This document shows positions 1 through 14,147 of a DNA stretch of 64,000 nt, piece by piece. Each line of letters starts with the position of its first letter. Position 1 is the stretch's first letter. The notes beneath the pieces are model-generated. The model was not told the origin of the DNA and did no database searches. It was given only the letters and a program-made list of their open reading frames with translations. A program made the translations under genes and the position numbers. This stretch comes from Oculina patagonica (lineage: Eukaryota), in assembly GCF_052425735.1 (NCBI RefSeq), contig NC_135770.1, positions 6,076,001-6,140,000 on the forward strand, read 5' to 3'.

Positions 1-2476
1 TTGTTGTAATTGGTCGACGAGATACAACTAGAAAAAGGTTTATATACGTTTTGTTAATCTTCTGTACAACATTTCCAAATAGGCAAATATAACTTAAGCG
101 CTTTGTATTGCGGTTTTCATCATGCAACTTGCCAATTATGATTATGAGCAGAGTATTTAAACATGGCGATAATCCATGTTTTAGTGGTAACATTTATCTT
201 AAAAAGAATTATCATCAGTTGGAGATTATTCAACAATGTAAAATAATTTTATAATCACAACTTGGCTATAAAGGTAATTGTGACTTGAACTCTTATGGCT
301 GTGATGATATTACTGATTGACTGATATTAATGATTGAACTTGCTAAAAACATGTGTGCTACTAGAGAATCAAGTGAAAATGTCAAACCTCTTGAACTGAT
401 ATGTATTGAAAGGGACTATGTCACGGATTTTAACAGATTTTTGAACAGCCAAAATTTATATTAGTGTCGTAGGAAACTTAAAAATAATGGTCCATTTTTA
501 TTAACAATTGCTATTTTAGAGCGCTTTAACTGTTTAAAAGCGCGTTTGGCTGCGGAATGAAATGGATTGCAATTTGAAAAGTCGGTCTGGTACCAATATA
601 ATGAAACAGCTTTTTTCGGGTTGTTTTACGATCACGTTCGAAGACACTTTAAAGATTAAAAATAACATTTGAACATGTTAGACGCAAGTGTTGATCGAAG
701 GTTTTTTGGTTAGTAAACAAGCACTTTCTGCAGAAATGTTTCAAATGCCTTATTTAAACTTCCTTATACGCAATTCAGTTAATGATTGTAGCTAGACTGT
801 TCAATTTTACTTTAAGTGATTCAAAGCGAATCTATTGAATCCGATCAACTGAAGATCCCAAAATGGAATTTTTCTACCCACAACTTTTTTGATGAACATG
901 TTAGGTTGTCTCGCGCGTCAGACACAATGAAACTTTCTCGCATTAAACAAACCGCTTCAGAGCTGAATGGCTACTTAAACCAATATAATTTACGAAATTC
1001 AATGCATTAAACTGGCCATTACTTTAGTTTCCCACCATAAATATATTAACTGGCGAAAACTATACGTTATTAAATTTTGAGTTTTCGTTTAGTTTTTGAC
1101 AAGTTTTATCGACAGGATAAAGCGAGTGCTGTATTTAATATATATCTTTCTAAGGCCGAACTCAAACTTCGTGACTTGACTGTCAATTTAACTTATGCTT
1201 TGTCAACAGCATTGTGGAATAGGTAGATCTTGGTATGTTAATAGTACTAATCTTTAAAAATGATAAACAAGTTTAAGCTATTTCCTTTTGTGAAACGTGA
1301 TTGAAATTTAGAAAAGATTTATAATAAGTATTTTTCCGTTGATCCATTCTCAGTGTCATAATTTGGCCAAAAACTATGCTTTCAAAATAACGCCTTCATG
1401 TAGACTTTATTGTTAAAATTTTACCCACAGCAAAAATTCACAAAAAAATTCGATGATTTTAATACTTTAATATTTTTTATAAGGACCGGAAACTTGAAAT
1501 GCTGTCATATTCAAGTTGGGTTTTGTCAACACGTAGAAATGAATAAATCGTGATGTGTCAATTCAAGCCGGAGAAGTTTCAAGCCATTTCATGATGTATA
1601 TATATTCTACAGCTTTAAAACAACACAACAAAATTTGACAGTTGGCGATTGCATGCGTTTCTTTGAAAACTATCAGTTTGTTGCGCGTTTTTTTCCGAGA
1701 AAAAAAAAGAGCGTTCGTTCAAGTTTGTACAAGGTAGCGGCGACAATAATATCTCGCTAATAGCTGCGTTTAATCAATGGTAAGTGAAGAATAAAAGGTT
1801 TTCAAGTTAATTTGCATTTCTATAGCTTTGCCTAAAACTGGGACAGCTGTGTATGCAAGTGAATCTTGAATTGATTAAAAGCAAGACAATCTACATCCTT
1901 TGTATATTGAATTGGTTTCCGCTCGTCCCGGCGGGGAAAACAAAGCCTTGAAGTCAATTTTGCGCAGCTTATTTATCAATCGTTGAAAGGCGAAGACACC
2001 TTGAAGAACTTGATAAACGGAAAAGTGGGGATTTGTTTTCACTTTTTCAATATCGTTGGGAAGTAAGCGTTGGTGTTAATCTCAAAAGGTGATCGTAAGT
2101 TCCTCTCAGTCGGAAGATATAACGCGTTCTTGCCTTTGTCATGGTGTGAAAAAGATCATTGTTTATCTGCAGGGCTTTTAGAGTACAGCGCTTAGTTTGT
2201 GCAAGTGAGTCTCTATTTACAGATGAAAAAGTAAATGTAGAAGTCCTAGTTTTCAACAACCGTCTTGCATCGCAGTGATTCACAGAGAAAACGGCTTGAG
2301 AGTGGCTCCCTGTACGTAAGTAACATTTATCTACGACCATCAAGTCAATGGTACCTCTCAAAAACGGAACTCGATTAGTGGCCCAGATTAGGATTGTCAC
2401 GACGAATTTTAGCATCTGAGGCCGAGTACTTGTCCAAGACTCAAAACTCTGGAACGAAACAGAAATATTCAAAGAA

Positions 2477-3466
2477 ATGGCGACTGAAATATCTTTGGAC
2501 ATAGCTTTGCAGATCGCGTTCTGCCTGGCCCTCATGTTTGTAATAATAACTGGCAATTCTTTTGTAGTTGCGGCGTATTTTTCAAACTTCAGGCTTCGAA
2601 CTGGGACCTACACGTTTCTCGTTAGTCTGGCTATTTCTGATCTGTTAGTGGGATGTGTCTCTCTACCTCTGTGGATGTACATCAGCGTAAAAAATATCCA
2701 GAAAGGACCTCTGAACACGTTTTTCCTATCATTTGACATTTTCAGTGCGCTGGCTTCCATTTTTCATTTGACAACGGTCAGTATAGAACGCTGTCTGGCG
2801 ATTTCTCGGCCGTTTGTTCATGCAACGCTTTCTACAGTACATTACTCGTTAGCTATCTGCGGCGTGTGGCTAACAGCCTTTGCAATTGCAGCGATTCGAC
2901 CTGCTTTGGACAAATCTTCGAGCAGTAACCCGCACAGAATCTACACTCCGTTTCTCTTGCTCGTCGGCTATGTTGGGCCAGGAATTCTCATCAGCGTTGT
3001 GAACTATTCCATTTTTCAAGTGGCTCGCGCGCTTATTGCGAATCTTCCGACGATACAAAATCTGGAAGAAAGCACCAAGATACGCAAGAACATAAACAAG
3101 CAGCGCCGCACGGCTCTCACGCTCACGTTTGTCACGGCCCTGTTTCTCGTTTCGTGGCTGTCATTCTTCGTAATGAGCACCATCTGGGTATTTTGCACGC
3201 TTTGCTTGCCTATCCAGAAGATTGCCGGTTTTCTCATCTTTGCAAAATGGCTACAGTATTGCAACAGCGCCATGAATCCGTTAGTGTACGCCTTCCGCGA
3301 TGCCGAAATGAGGAAAACGTTTGTCAGGCTTCTTGGACCGTGCAGACGCGCGTTAGCGGCTCAGCGCCCGCGGCGCGTCGCGCCAATGGACGTGCCTCTG
3401 AACCAAGGAATTACGAGGTTTGGGGCTGACAACGAGACAACGCAACGGGTTGAACCACAGCTATAG
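2477..3466 (+). CDS. Intronless class A (rhodopsin-like) GPCR, biogenic-amine-receptor-like
   Basis: 329-aa ORF with 7 hydrophobic segments and class A motifs: GN (TM1), SLAISD (TM2), ERC (DRY position), W4.50 and NPLVY (NPxxY). Counting from R3.50 and P7.50 places D3.32, W7.40 and Y7.43. Confidence 0.93.
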   Translation: MATEISLDIALQIAFCLALMFVIITGNSFVVAAYFSNFRLRTGTYTFLVSLAISDLLVGCVSLPLWMYISVKNIQKGPLNTFFLSFDIFSALASIFHLTTVSIERCLAISRPFVHATLSTVHYSLAICGVWLTAFAIAAIRPALDKSSSSNPHRIYTPFLLLVGYVGPGILISVVNYSIFQVARALIANLPTIQNLEESTKIRKNINKQRRTALTLTFVTALFLVSWLSFFVMSTIWVFCTLCLPIQKIAGFLIFAKWLQYCNSAMNPLVYAFRDAEMRKTFVRLLGPCRRALAAQRPRRVAPMDVPLNQGITRFGADNETTQRVEPQL

Positions 3467-5188
3467 ACAAAAAGGACAGAGAAGAAGGGATACAAAATAT
3501 AATTGTAAAATTTCTCGGGCATTCATTGATCGAGAGCTATGGTCGATTAAAGTATTTACCTCAAAAATGACGTAACGTTGAAACTGAAGGCCTTCGTAAA
3601 ACTTGAGATACAGTCTGTCTCTTAGAATTAACGCAAACTGGAGAGTTGTGAAAAGTCATTTGGGATATTTTGTGCGTAAATTCAGACGAACAGGCCGGCC
3701 TCAAGCAGGAAAAGAGACCTTTTGCGCTCTTACGCGCGCACGCGATTTCGCACAGTTTTCACTCAAATTCGCCGGTAATGCTATTGTAAAAAAACAAATC
3801 GACCGCATTTTTCGTAAACACTTCTACATACTATAAAAAGACGCCAAAAATTGTCCAAAACTTTGCAGTTAAAAAATTTGCATGCGGCTCGCGGTCAAAA
3901 AGAGTTTAGACCATGAAAAAATGTTGTCGAGTTGTTAAACAGTATTTTTAAATAAGTTTACTTTTTACATACATATAAGGTTTGTAAATAGCCAGTCAAA
4001 AGATCAGCTAGGATATAACAGCCAAGGAAAATGAGCGCAGAAACAATTTCAGCTGTTTGCGTAAATCAAAGACGCAGTCTCTTTCAAGCTTGCTGGTTTT
4101 TTAGGAAGGTATTTATTAAATAAGTTCTACATCCATTCATATATCATTGACAATTGTTCATTCCTTGGCTTACTTAGGGTCCCAAGTAATGGCCTTAGAT
4201 GCGCAAACTGATGATGTACAAAGTCGGTTATTATAAACCGATCTTACTTGATAACTAGGCCTAATTATAGCTGGTATATAGAGTATCTGCAGGGGGTACA
4301 GCTTGTAGGGTTTTTTTTAAACCAATGATACACTGTTCAACATTTGTTGAACAGAAGTCGAAACATTTGTTACTTAACGAATGTTGAACCGTGTATCACT
4401 GGCCGTAGGCTGCCTGGTTTTCACTGGCGCCGAATCCAGTAGCAGTGCATTAGTTATAAGAATTTGAACGACCGTGGAAACGTCAGGATCCAAAATTTTG
4501 ATTTTTGTGTTCGTTTTAGAGTATTTAGTACTATGACTAGTGTACTTGTAGCTTATTCTTTGGTCAAAATGGTGAAAATCAAGCTTTAAAAACTTCGTAA
4601 ACAAAGAATTTGGTGGCCTTTGCCTCAGGAGTAAAACTGGCTACTGGAAATTAATTATTTTTGCTCAGTGAACCTTAATCTAATTTAATTTAAATTAAAC
4701 TGATTTACCCCTACAGAAAGAATTTATATTGATTTATTGGTGCAGCCCTTATTAGAGGCGGGGTCGCTGTATATATAAAAAACTTCGTTTGTATTAAACT
4801 CGAAGAGTGTTGAAAAGTATTTAGCCTATAGTTATTACTCGTTCTATTCTTTTTAATAACAGTCGATTAGTGAAAGTTTATCAATACGTGAAAAATTATT
4901 TCTTGAAACGCGATTAACACCAGGGGAAGACAGGAAATGAAAAATAGAACTACTTGAAATCCTACCAGTATTATTTTCTGACACCCCTCACCCAGCCAAA
5001 AAGAAAAAGAGTAAATAAAATGGGGAAAACACCCAATTCCATACCCCTTTAATCACTGGATGTCTTTTTTACTCTACTTCTTGAGCCTGAGCTCCTCACG
5101 TGTGATTGTAAGGAGATACTGAAAAATACAAACTGATGATACTAGGAAAAGGGGTAAAGCAAGTTGAACCCACAATAGGAGAACTTAT

Positions 5189-5304
5189 GGCCTGTTCCAG
5201 GCTCTCGGTAGTTGGGAGAAAGCGAAAAACGTGGGAGAGCGAGGAAGAAACGAGAGGGTTCCAGGCCCTCGGTAGTTGAACTACCGAGAGTCTGGAACAG
5301 GCTA
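5189..5304. mobile_element. Short TIR element (MITE)
   Basis: GCCTGTTCCAGGCTCTCGGTAGT ... ACTACCGAGAGTCTGGAACAGGC inverted ends. Confidence 0.7.
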
Positions 5305-5803
5305 GAGAATTTAGCTTACAAACAGTAGTATCCCGATTTCTCGAACTCCAGGTTCCTGAAAACTCCCGATTTCTCGAAGAAAATTTTCGTTTCCTTTGGA
5401 TAGTACTTTTCAGTATAATATTTTACCCCCGATTTCTCGAAGGAATTTTCGTTTCCCATGGAGGTTTGAGATTTTGGGATTCTTCTGTAAATGAAAATTA
5501 AAAAAATAGCAACAATAACGACAACTGAATCTACTCTGATCACCCCGTTGGATACAGGAAAGGTAAACTTAATCTTATTTATCCGGCTACTAAAAGGCTA
5601 TAGACATGAAATAAAAAAATTGACCAGCTCACTTAACTCTTTTTCGGATCAAACATTGGTTATCAGTAAAAGCTGGCCGTAAGAGAAGTTCACTGAATGT
5701 ATTTACTACATAAAGCGAATTAATGTAACATTATTACGATCTGATGCGATCATTGCTGTATTAAATGTCTTGCATCATAGATAAAGGAACGACTTTCAGC
5801 CAA

Positions 5804-8800
5804 TTAGGTTTTAACGTCGACGTCACATGCCTTGTTGTCACGTGCCTCGGACACAGAAAAACGCTGTTGGCGCTTGCGCAAAAGAAGAAACACGGTGAGG
5901 CACGTAATGGCCGATATTACAATACCGCTGACCGCCAAAATAATGGCCAAATTGAGGTAGAAGGATCCTTTGTCTTCGGTTCTTGTGTCGTCGAAACGAT
6001 CTGATAAATGAAAAAATAAAACAGTTATTAATTGCGTGGGGTTCTTTTGGTGTGATAAGTTGATGGAAAGTTATGGCAGGATGTAAAATAAAATACTATA
6101 ACTAATAAGCATTATGGTTTCTCTACAGACTTTCGTACAACATCTTACATTGTAGATTTCTTCTCGTTATGTGTTTTGTATCGTTTGGGTGGTAAAATAA
6201 GTAAATGATTAATTAAAAAATAAACTTTTTTCCCCTTCTGAGCAGACTGACATGATTACTAAGCTGGCTCATGCCCAGTCATCTCTAAAGATGACAAAGG
6301 GAGGACTGGAGAAGAGTCGGATCACGAGAGATAACTGATACCAGCCGTGACTGCCTGGGACCCTGTTTTTCAAAATTAGATTGCAATGTGAGCTGTTAAA
6401 CGATTAGCGTCAACTTTGGATTTGGCTCATTAAAAGTTGCCAGAAATAATTTCTGCATCTCCCTTTTAGCTTTGGAACTGACTTGGACAATGTCAATCAG
6501 TCCGGCGAAACACTTTAAAACCACAGAAATAAAAAACAACTTTGCTAATTGTTAATTCCGTATTTAATTTTAGGGCTTTCGAACAACATGTTAGAGGTTG
6601 TGAGTCCCAGATAACATCTGACTCAACAGTTGAGAAAATAAAAAATTTTTGTCGAAAATGAACTCTACTGAAAATACCTTCATCGTCCAATTTCTCTTCT
6701 TCGTCGGCAAAATAGTAAGGGCCCGTTTTGACGCGATGCACCACAATTTTCGACACTGAACGTCTCTTTCTTGCGTTAGGATCACACTCCTCAACACTAG
6801 GACACTCACACTCGGAGTTCGGCGTGTTATCGAGGCAAACCTTCAATTCACAGTGTATGAAGACTGACTGCCCTGCATCAACTCCAAAGTAACGGAACGA
6901 CTGGATTGAAAAGCTTTCTTCTATACTGTCTCTGGTGCAGTTGTAGAAGAACGTGTCACCTGCGTCCTGATGCACAGTATCGTTACCGCAACTAAGATGA
7001 AGAAAAATAAACGCAGTTATTTGCATTAGGTACTAATACAAGACGGGGTTCTATTTAACGATTTGTTGCTAATATAAAAGTCTCATTCAAGAACTCGCTC
7101 ATTTCGTCCCAAACTGCTTAGACTTGGCAGTCTGACTTTTTTTCGTATGCAGTAGAACTTAAAGTAAAAATAACGGGCTCGGTACAGCTCCTATATTTTT
7201 AAACTGTAAATAGATAGATAGATAGTGAATATGAAAAAAGAAAACTACAGCTCCAGTCAACAACGAGATGAACAGGTGATTCTAAAATGAAACCTCAAAA
7301 TAGATAAAAATAATTTTTCAAACGATGGAACGAAAGACTCGGAATGTGTGCATGTGTAGAAAAATAATTCAAGAAAGTTTTACCGGTCAATATGTATGTT
7401 AGATGTTGGGGCTGCTCTTGTCATCCCTTATATTAAAGGAAGAAAGGAATCACTCTCACTGTCTTCCCCCTCCCCAAACGTCCAGTATTCACTTCGAGTC
7501 TCTCTCCATCCCCTTTGAAAACCATATGATTTGCTACTGTGTACTTCTCGTTTTCCTCCTCCCGGTCAACAAAGGGATTCGTGTTCAGTGGTCCCGAATT
7601 CAACTCCTCCACGCTTTGTATATAACCAACTGGCCTGCCTCTCACAAGTTGGTTGTTAACGATTTTCTGTTGATTCAAAGTATTTGATTGTAGCTGTCTT
7701 TACCCTATAAATGTTGTGAATTACTAGGACTACTTCTTACCCGTTTTGTATTAAAACTACTGTGCCATTATCTGAAGCTGGGTCGCTATCCTTTGACGAG
7801 TGACAGCTTATGATGAAGAGATCAAGGTTAGGTGAAGAGCTTGATGTCTCCACTTCGGCCTTGAAATACAATGGTTGATCAAGTGCAACCGGTCCTGATA
7901 TAGATGTCATAAAATCAGCATCCCTGAAACCGCCGAGTGTAAAGGTGAAAAATGCACTGTCTGAGTAACAAAAGAAAGAAAAATTGTAGGATTATGTTAA
8001 AAACTAACGAAGAAAAGAAGTACAAATTAAATATCAAAATCTCTGCGCTGTACACTAAGCACTATATATATGCTTGTGGGGTCGTGATAACTTACTAGTA
8101 TCAGATTATATCCAGGAACATTAAGGTCATAAAAGCCTGACAAGATATCCTCTAAGTTGCTGTGATTAGCTTAGCCAGCAGATGTTCCACCGCTCGCCTA
8201 GTTGTACTTACTAAGTGTCGGTAAAGGCGAAGAATTCAGCCAATGGAAAAATGCACACTTTTACACTGTACTTTACAAAACGTTTCAACTGACTTTGCAC
8301 GGATAGAGTTAGACTGTTATATTAAACTTAATCGATTCGTCTAGTGTTGGCTTTATGTCTTTTATTAAAATCCTATCGCGTAACTTAAATTATCGTAAAT
8401 TTAAAAGTATGTTTAGGTTTTTTGTGTTTCATGCAAGGTATTCATCAAGTAAACCAGTACGAGTAGAAGTTGGTCGCCCAGTTTGGTACAGACATTTTGG
8501 AGATAAAAATAAACATCTTACACCCAAAAGACAATGTCAATAACCCTTTAAATAGCTTACACCTCTTAATACTTGCAAGAATATGTAGTCCGCAATAAAG
8601 CAGTTCTTTCCTAATGTAATGCACTAATATCTTAAACTAACGTTTCGGCTTTAAATTACTAAATACCTGAGGCATTATCCGCGCGGTTTGTTAGCGGTTG
8701 GAAGCTGGACGCCACTGTGTCGTTGTTACCATACACGCAGGATGCGTCGAACATATGATCTAAGGCTTGTGTTGGTTCGCTGCCCGGTACCAGCGCACGA

Positions 8801-9035
8801 ATTTCAAAAACGTACAGAATATCGTTGTCTCTTTCCACAGATGAGGAAGAACAGGTCGCCACTGGCAGATTGGTGTACGTGACTGTTTCTTCGGCGATCG
8901 AGAAGGTTGGCTCACATTCTGTCTTGTTGTCAATCCGCCAATCGCTTTCGTTAAACTCGGCAAGGTCTGTTACGTTCGTGATGGTTATGGTGACAGTGTG
9001 ATCATTGTTGCAGACAACTGAACCCAGTGGAGTAC
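5804..9035 (-). CDS. ZP-module transmembrane protein G1 (5' coding exon uncertain or disrupted)
   Basis: Phase-compatible GT-AG exons: 9035-8667 (ZP-N, GTPLGSVVCNNDHTV...), 7960-7741 (DSAFFTFTLGG...LYFKAEV...LIQNG), 6991-6678 (CGNDTV...FRYFG...VFIHCELKVC...RKRRS...) and 6000-5804 (NLAIILAVSGIVISAITCLTVFLLLRKR...VKT*). The best signal-exon candidate, 11801-11740, is out of frame. Confidence 0.85.
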
Positions 9036-9171
9036 CTGGCAAAAGAAAGCTGGTGTAAATTTTCTTAAATATCGTAAATGCTAATTGTTAGCCCTGGGCT
9101 AAACACAACTTCGTGAGGGGTTTTGGGTGCCCTTATTTACAACGAGGATCTCTTATTTGCAATGTCCCTTA

Positions 9172-9326
9172 TGGTGGATTTTCACTGACGCGTAAATTTT
9201 TACGTGCGTGAAAAAAATTAGAGACAATGTATGAACGGCCTGCGTAGACGTGTACGCAAGCCGTTCATACATTGTCTCTAATATTTTTACGCACGTAAAA
9301 AATTACGCGTCAGTGGAAATCCACCA
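9172..9326. mobile_element. Near-perfect 155-bp foldback MITE
   Basis: TGGTGGATTTTCACTGACGCGTAA.../...TTACGCGTCAGTGGAAATCCACCA, with TTA on both sides (Harbinger-like target duplication). Confidence 0.85.
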
Positions 9327-12300
9327 TTAGGCACAAGACTTTGTTTTCCAAATGAGAAAACTATTTTATATCTAAGAGGGGGAGGGGGGAGGGCGTATAT
9401 TCAGTGGATTTATTACAGGAATATTTCTTGTCAGCTGACATATGGGTCGATAACCATCGGAGTTAATAATTGTCATTTTACGGTATTTCCTCTATTATTA
9501 AAGCACCCACCTTCTTATGTACACCAACTTTCAATGAGCTCCCTCTTTAAAATTCAAAATTTAAAATTGCCCAACCTCCCTTCCACTCGCGAAGAGCAGT
9601 CAAAGCGTATGAAAGAATTTAGATAAGAATTCGCGAAGACATTTTTCAGCTAGTTCTGCACTGCCAATTAAAGCTACAGATGTTAAACTACGAGAGCCAC
9701 ATGTTTCCTGCGCATTTTTCCCGTCTTTGCCTCCAAACAAGCGGCTGACACTGCGAAAGAATCTGTGCGAAGGATCTCTTTGCCTAGCTGTAAAAGTCCT
9801 GACGTTTATGTTCATTCATCTTTATGACAGAATGATCAAACGATAAACCGTCTTGCATGGAACATCTGCTGTGTAGTACTAATGATGACTTTTGCGATCG
9901 AGCAAGCTTGGTTAATAACAGATTTACTGCACGACTTTATGACCAAAAAGAAACTGTAGCAATTTTACCAGGTCCAATATTTAGAAATTATTGGACCCGC
10001 AGTATACCCGGGAATATATCCTCCTGATTGGCTGGTTTTAAATATTGGCCTTTCAGCTGTCTAAATATCATGCGATAATATTAACGACACACAAATATTT
10101 CAACTTTAAGTTAGTTGCTTGGGTCTCCTGGAACACTTGCTTGCTGTTTGATTGAAATGTTTCAGAATATGCATGTTAAAGTTGTCGAGATCATACACCG
10201 TTCGCTATTGACGACATAAAGTGAAAAATAAAGCTTGTTATCAACAAAATATCTTTTCGTCGACGAAGATTTTTTGTTTGCTTGTGGACGCGAAAGTTTG
10301 TCTTCATAGTACCCTTTACAGCTAGCTCAGAAGTGCAGAATTTCAGTGGCTGGGTAAAGCAAAATTTGTACTACAAAAATGCAAACAAATAAGCATAATA
10401 ATCAAACACACTCAATATTGTCAAATTCCATTCATTCAGCGGTCAATATACAGATCCTTTGGTGAAATATCAAAACTTTTTCAACTTGATACGTATATAC
10501 ATTTGCTCGCAGCGGCTTTTTAGCTTAGATAGTAGGGCATGTGCACCCGTACGCATATTTTTTATCGCAAGTTAAGGATGTCGATTTGGAAAACTAATAT
10601 ATACCGTCTCATCTGGCACAAGAAAGCAGTAACTCTTTGATTCACAGTTCTTTTTGTCGGTTATTTTAACAGTGCCAGATTTGCAGCAGCACAGCAATTT
10701 ATCCACCAAAACTGTCAGCAAAATGTGGTATAGTTTCTTGCTACAATGTTTGTTTTCCACTTCAAATGAACAGCCAATATTTCATGGGTTGCCAATGTGG
10801 ACGAGCGCGAACAATGCGTACTTCAAGGTGCACGTAAAACCTCGGTTTGTATTTAAATTATATTAATTATGAAAGTGGAGAAACCAGGAATTCATGTCAG
10901 TTGTAGTGTGTTATGTTTGCCACTTTTAATTGACGAATTTAATGTGAAGGCACATTTTGGAACAAAATGGATGAAAATAATATACATGACTTCATACCTA
11001 ATTAAAATAATTTCTCTTCAATAACTTTTAATAGTACCATGATAAGAAGTTAACTGACTCGAGGCCCAAATTTTCTGATTTAATTCCTAATTCCTAACTG
11101 AGGTTTTTTACATGTTTATATATTATCGGTACTGTCCTGTCGGTTGACGCATACAGTTAGTTTCAATAATAATTTCATAACGTACGTACGTTGTAAGTTA
11201 GAAATAATTGTTTTAGAAAAAATCCAAAAAATGTGAATGATTTGTTCTTGACTCCTCGCTGATTAGCGACGGACGGAGGGGTGGGGGGAGAAGAAAATTG
11301 GCAGGCGAAGAAAAAAGAGAAGAAAAAATGCGGGGCACAAAAAAGGCAGGGAATTTTCATCCCCCCTCCAAGAAAATAATGGTCCGTTCCTTAGATAGGT
11401 TGTTTTATTCCGAACATCTAACAAAACAATATTTCGATATTTTGAGATAACTTGATTGTAATTTAGACAATTCTCTTCCGTGTAACTCAGCTCCTGTATG
11501 AAAGCATACGTTTGTTCCTGTGATACATCCGTTCCTTAAACAGGCATTTGTCCCACTGACTTCTTCATTTTTTGTTGTTGAAGGTTAATATTCAGGGGGA
11601 ACGATTTTTCATGCATGTTTTGTTAAACAAATATGAATATTGACGTAAGTCGAAGTCCAGGTATAGGGATTTATTGCATATAGTAATGAAATGTTTACTT
11701 ATTATAGCTTTAGAAAAAGTTCTGGAAAGTTCAGCTTACCTTCGATGTTTACTTCAAACTGTAAAGACCAGCGTTATTAAAAACCAGTGGATCCGTGTCA
11801 TTTTGGAAGAGATATTTTTTCTTCTTCTGCGGCCTTTCCGAAGGCTGTGGAAAGCCTAAGTAAAGAAGAAAAAAAGATAAAAATGTCTAACTTCATGCAA
11901 TTATTATTCTTAACTGCATGTTTTCAATGCATCGATGATTTCGAGCAGGAAACTGTTCAACTATTTGATCGTTTTACGTTTGTGAGAAGAAACCGATGGA
12001 AAACTGTTAATTAGAAAACTTTATCCTCCAAACATATTTAAAGGTGCAAACTTCTTTTTGTTGTTCTTATGTTGTAACATTAGTTTTATTGTGAATGTTT
12101 TTTCACGAATTAAATGCAATATTCAACACCAAACAAATATGTGCCACGATTCAATTCATTGTTGAGTTAACACTGTATTTAAAAAGTGCCTTTAATAAAA
12201 AAAGTTTCCTATATTTAAGGCCAATTTACTGTACGATTTGAAGTTTAAATGCAGAAGTTATTTTTTATGCGCTAAATTCTTTGGCGGTAAGATCATTTTC

Positions 12301-14147
12301 AATTGAACAAGAAAAGCAACAAACGCACTTAACGAAAGGAATAATTAACATCAATTAACAATTCTTTTGCCTTTATATCTGTTTAACTGGCAGCCGCTTC
12401 TAAAACGGTTTCATTCATGTCGGAATGTTTTGCACGAAGATCAGAGCAACTGTCAAATTACAAATCGCTTCGTTTTGTTCAGTGTTTGCGTGATGTTAGT
12501 ATCTCGCGTTTCATTACTGTTAACAACAGTTCATTTGAATACGAGTCAAAAACAGGAATTGTTACACGATGCATGAAGAATGGATCGATAATGTTTTAAT
12601 CTTCTTTTCTCTGTTCAGTAAAAGTTCAAGCAGCCGTTCGAGTCGACGACAGGGAAACCGATTTCTTAACTAAAACTGAAGCTTGTTTTGGCCGCCCGTA
12701 GGGATTTGAGTATTCATGTAGGTTCACCTCTTTAACAATAGTTCATTAGCTAGAGCGAAAGAACCCTCTGGCTCCTTAATCGGGTTTCAGAGAGCCAAAC
12801 TGATCGTTATTTACTAACGGATCTTAGCAAAGTAGAAACAAACACTCACCGCAGTTTACGGCAGCTTGAATTTCGATGTTCAGCCGATCGAGCTTTTGCA
12901 CCTTCGAAAAACAAACGGGTGCCGGCATGGAATAGTTTCACTAAGTTGCTTTGTTCGAAATTATTCGCATTGTCGTCACGTTTCGCTTGCTGGTTTTGCA
13001 CTTAAAATACCTCGTCATTGTTTAAGCGAATCCGAGCAATCTCGGACCGTTCAAAGCCCGCTCTCGAAACTTCGTCACGTAGCAACAGTGTGCGCAATTA
13101 AGCAAACAACCCGCAGGGGCTCTCACGCTCAGTGAACACTTTTGAAATACTTTCGTACGGCTGAGTTAAGATCAACACAAACTCATTGGAAACCGCAAAC
13201 AATAGCAACTTATGACTTAGCGCTTGTTCGCAGGTTTTGACAGTAAATTAATTAAACAGCTGGAACCCTACGAAGGCATACCACTTCAAGGTAGCTAGCG
13301 CTTAATACTACAATACAAAATCGCACAATTTCGTTCAAATCGAAAAAAAATATCATGGTATAAATGTGGGAATTAAGTACAAAATATAAAAATGATTCGA
13401 ACAAAGGACTTAACAGAGCTGAAACCGTAAAAGCTCTATTAAGGAGGCCCTTTAGTCTTGGAGGTTTTCGGGATATGGGATATTTGGGGGAAAATTAAGC
13501 CCTGTTCTCTTTTTTAAGCCTCTTCTCTAATAAGCCCTCAATCATGCACCCGTCCCTTATAATAAATCAGCCCCCTGTCTATTTAAGACCACTCTCCTTC
13601 ATAAGGTCTTTAAAAGAATTAAAACCCCCCTCGAGGGGGGGGGGGGGAAGGCAATTTGAAAGTAATCAGAACAATAACTTGAAAATATCGTGACTGCGCC
13701 TTTAAATGGAAGCTACGGAGCAGTACTTTCATGTGATACTGTTTATTGGGTCGAAGGTGGTTCTAACTCTTGAGCCTGTGGATGAAACCATAGTGTGAGA
13801 CCATTCAAATGAAAGCTACTGAAAAATACTTTTATGGATTGCTGTTTGTTTATTTTTATAAGGGAAAATGGCCATTTGGATTTTTCCCTTTATTAATTAA
13901 CTTCGCCCTCCTGGTTGTGAAAAGGTTAACACACTTGAGTAAGCTACACTATTGCTTTCGATTCTACTGTCAATGTTTGGTAGAAGCGACTGGTTTCGTA
14001 ATCGCAATAACAAAAAAGTTGAGTGGTTCTGGCAGTGATTCTAATAAACTGCCGAGATAATTAAACTGTGTCGCTGTTATCAGAAGTCTCCAAAGTTCGT
14101 TTCACTTGCGCTTGTGTGTAATGAGCTCCATCAAATGATTGGACTCT

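Noticed and set aside
2047-2556. 169-aa minus-strand ORF overlapping the GPCR start
   Set aside because: No recognisable motifs; antisense overlap with a real gene; likely a chance ORF.
12850-12928. MPAPVCFSKVQKLDRLNIEIQAAVNC ending at a phase-1 GTGAGT donor, as G1's first coding exon
   Set aside because: Not hydrophobic enough for a signal peptide; more likely a 5' UTR exon, but cannot be excluded.
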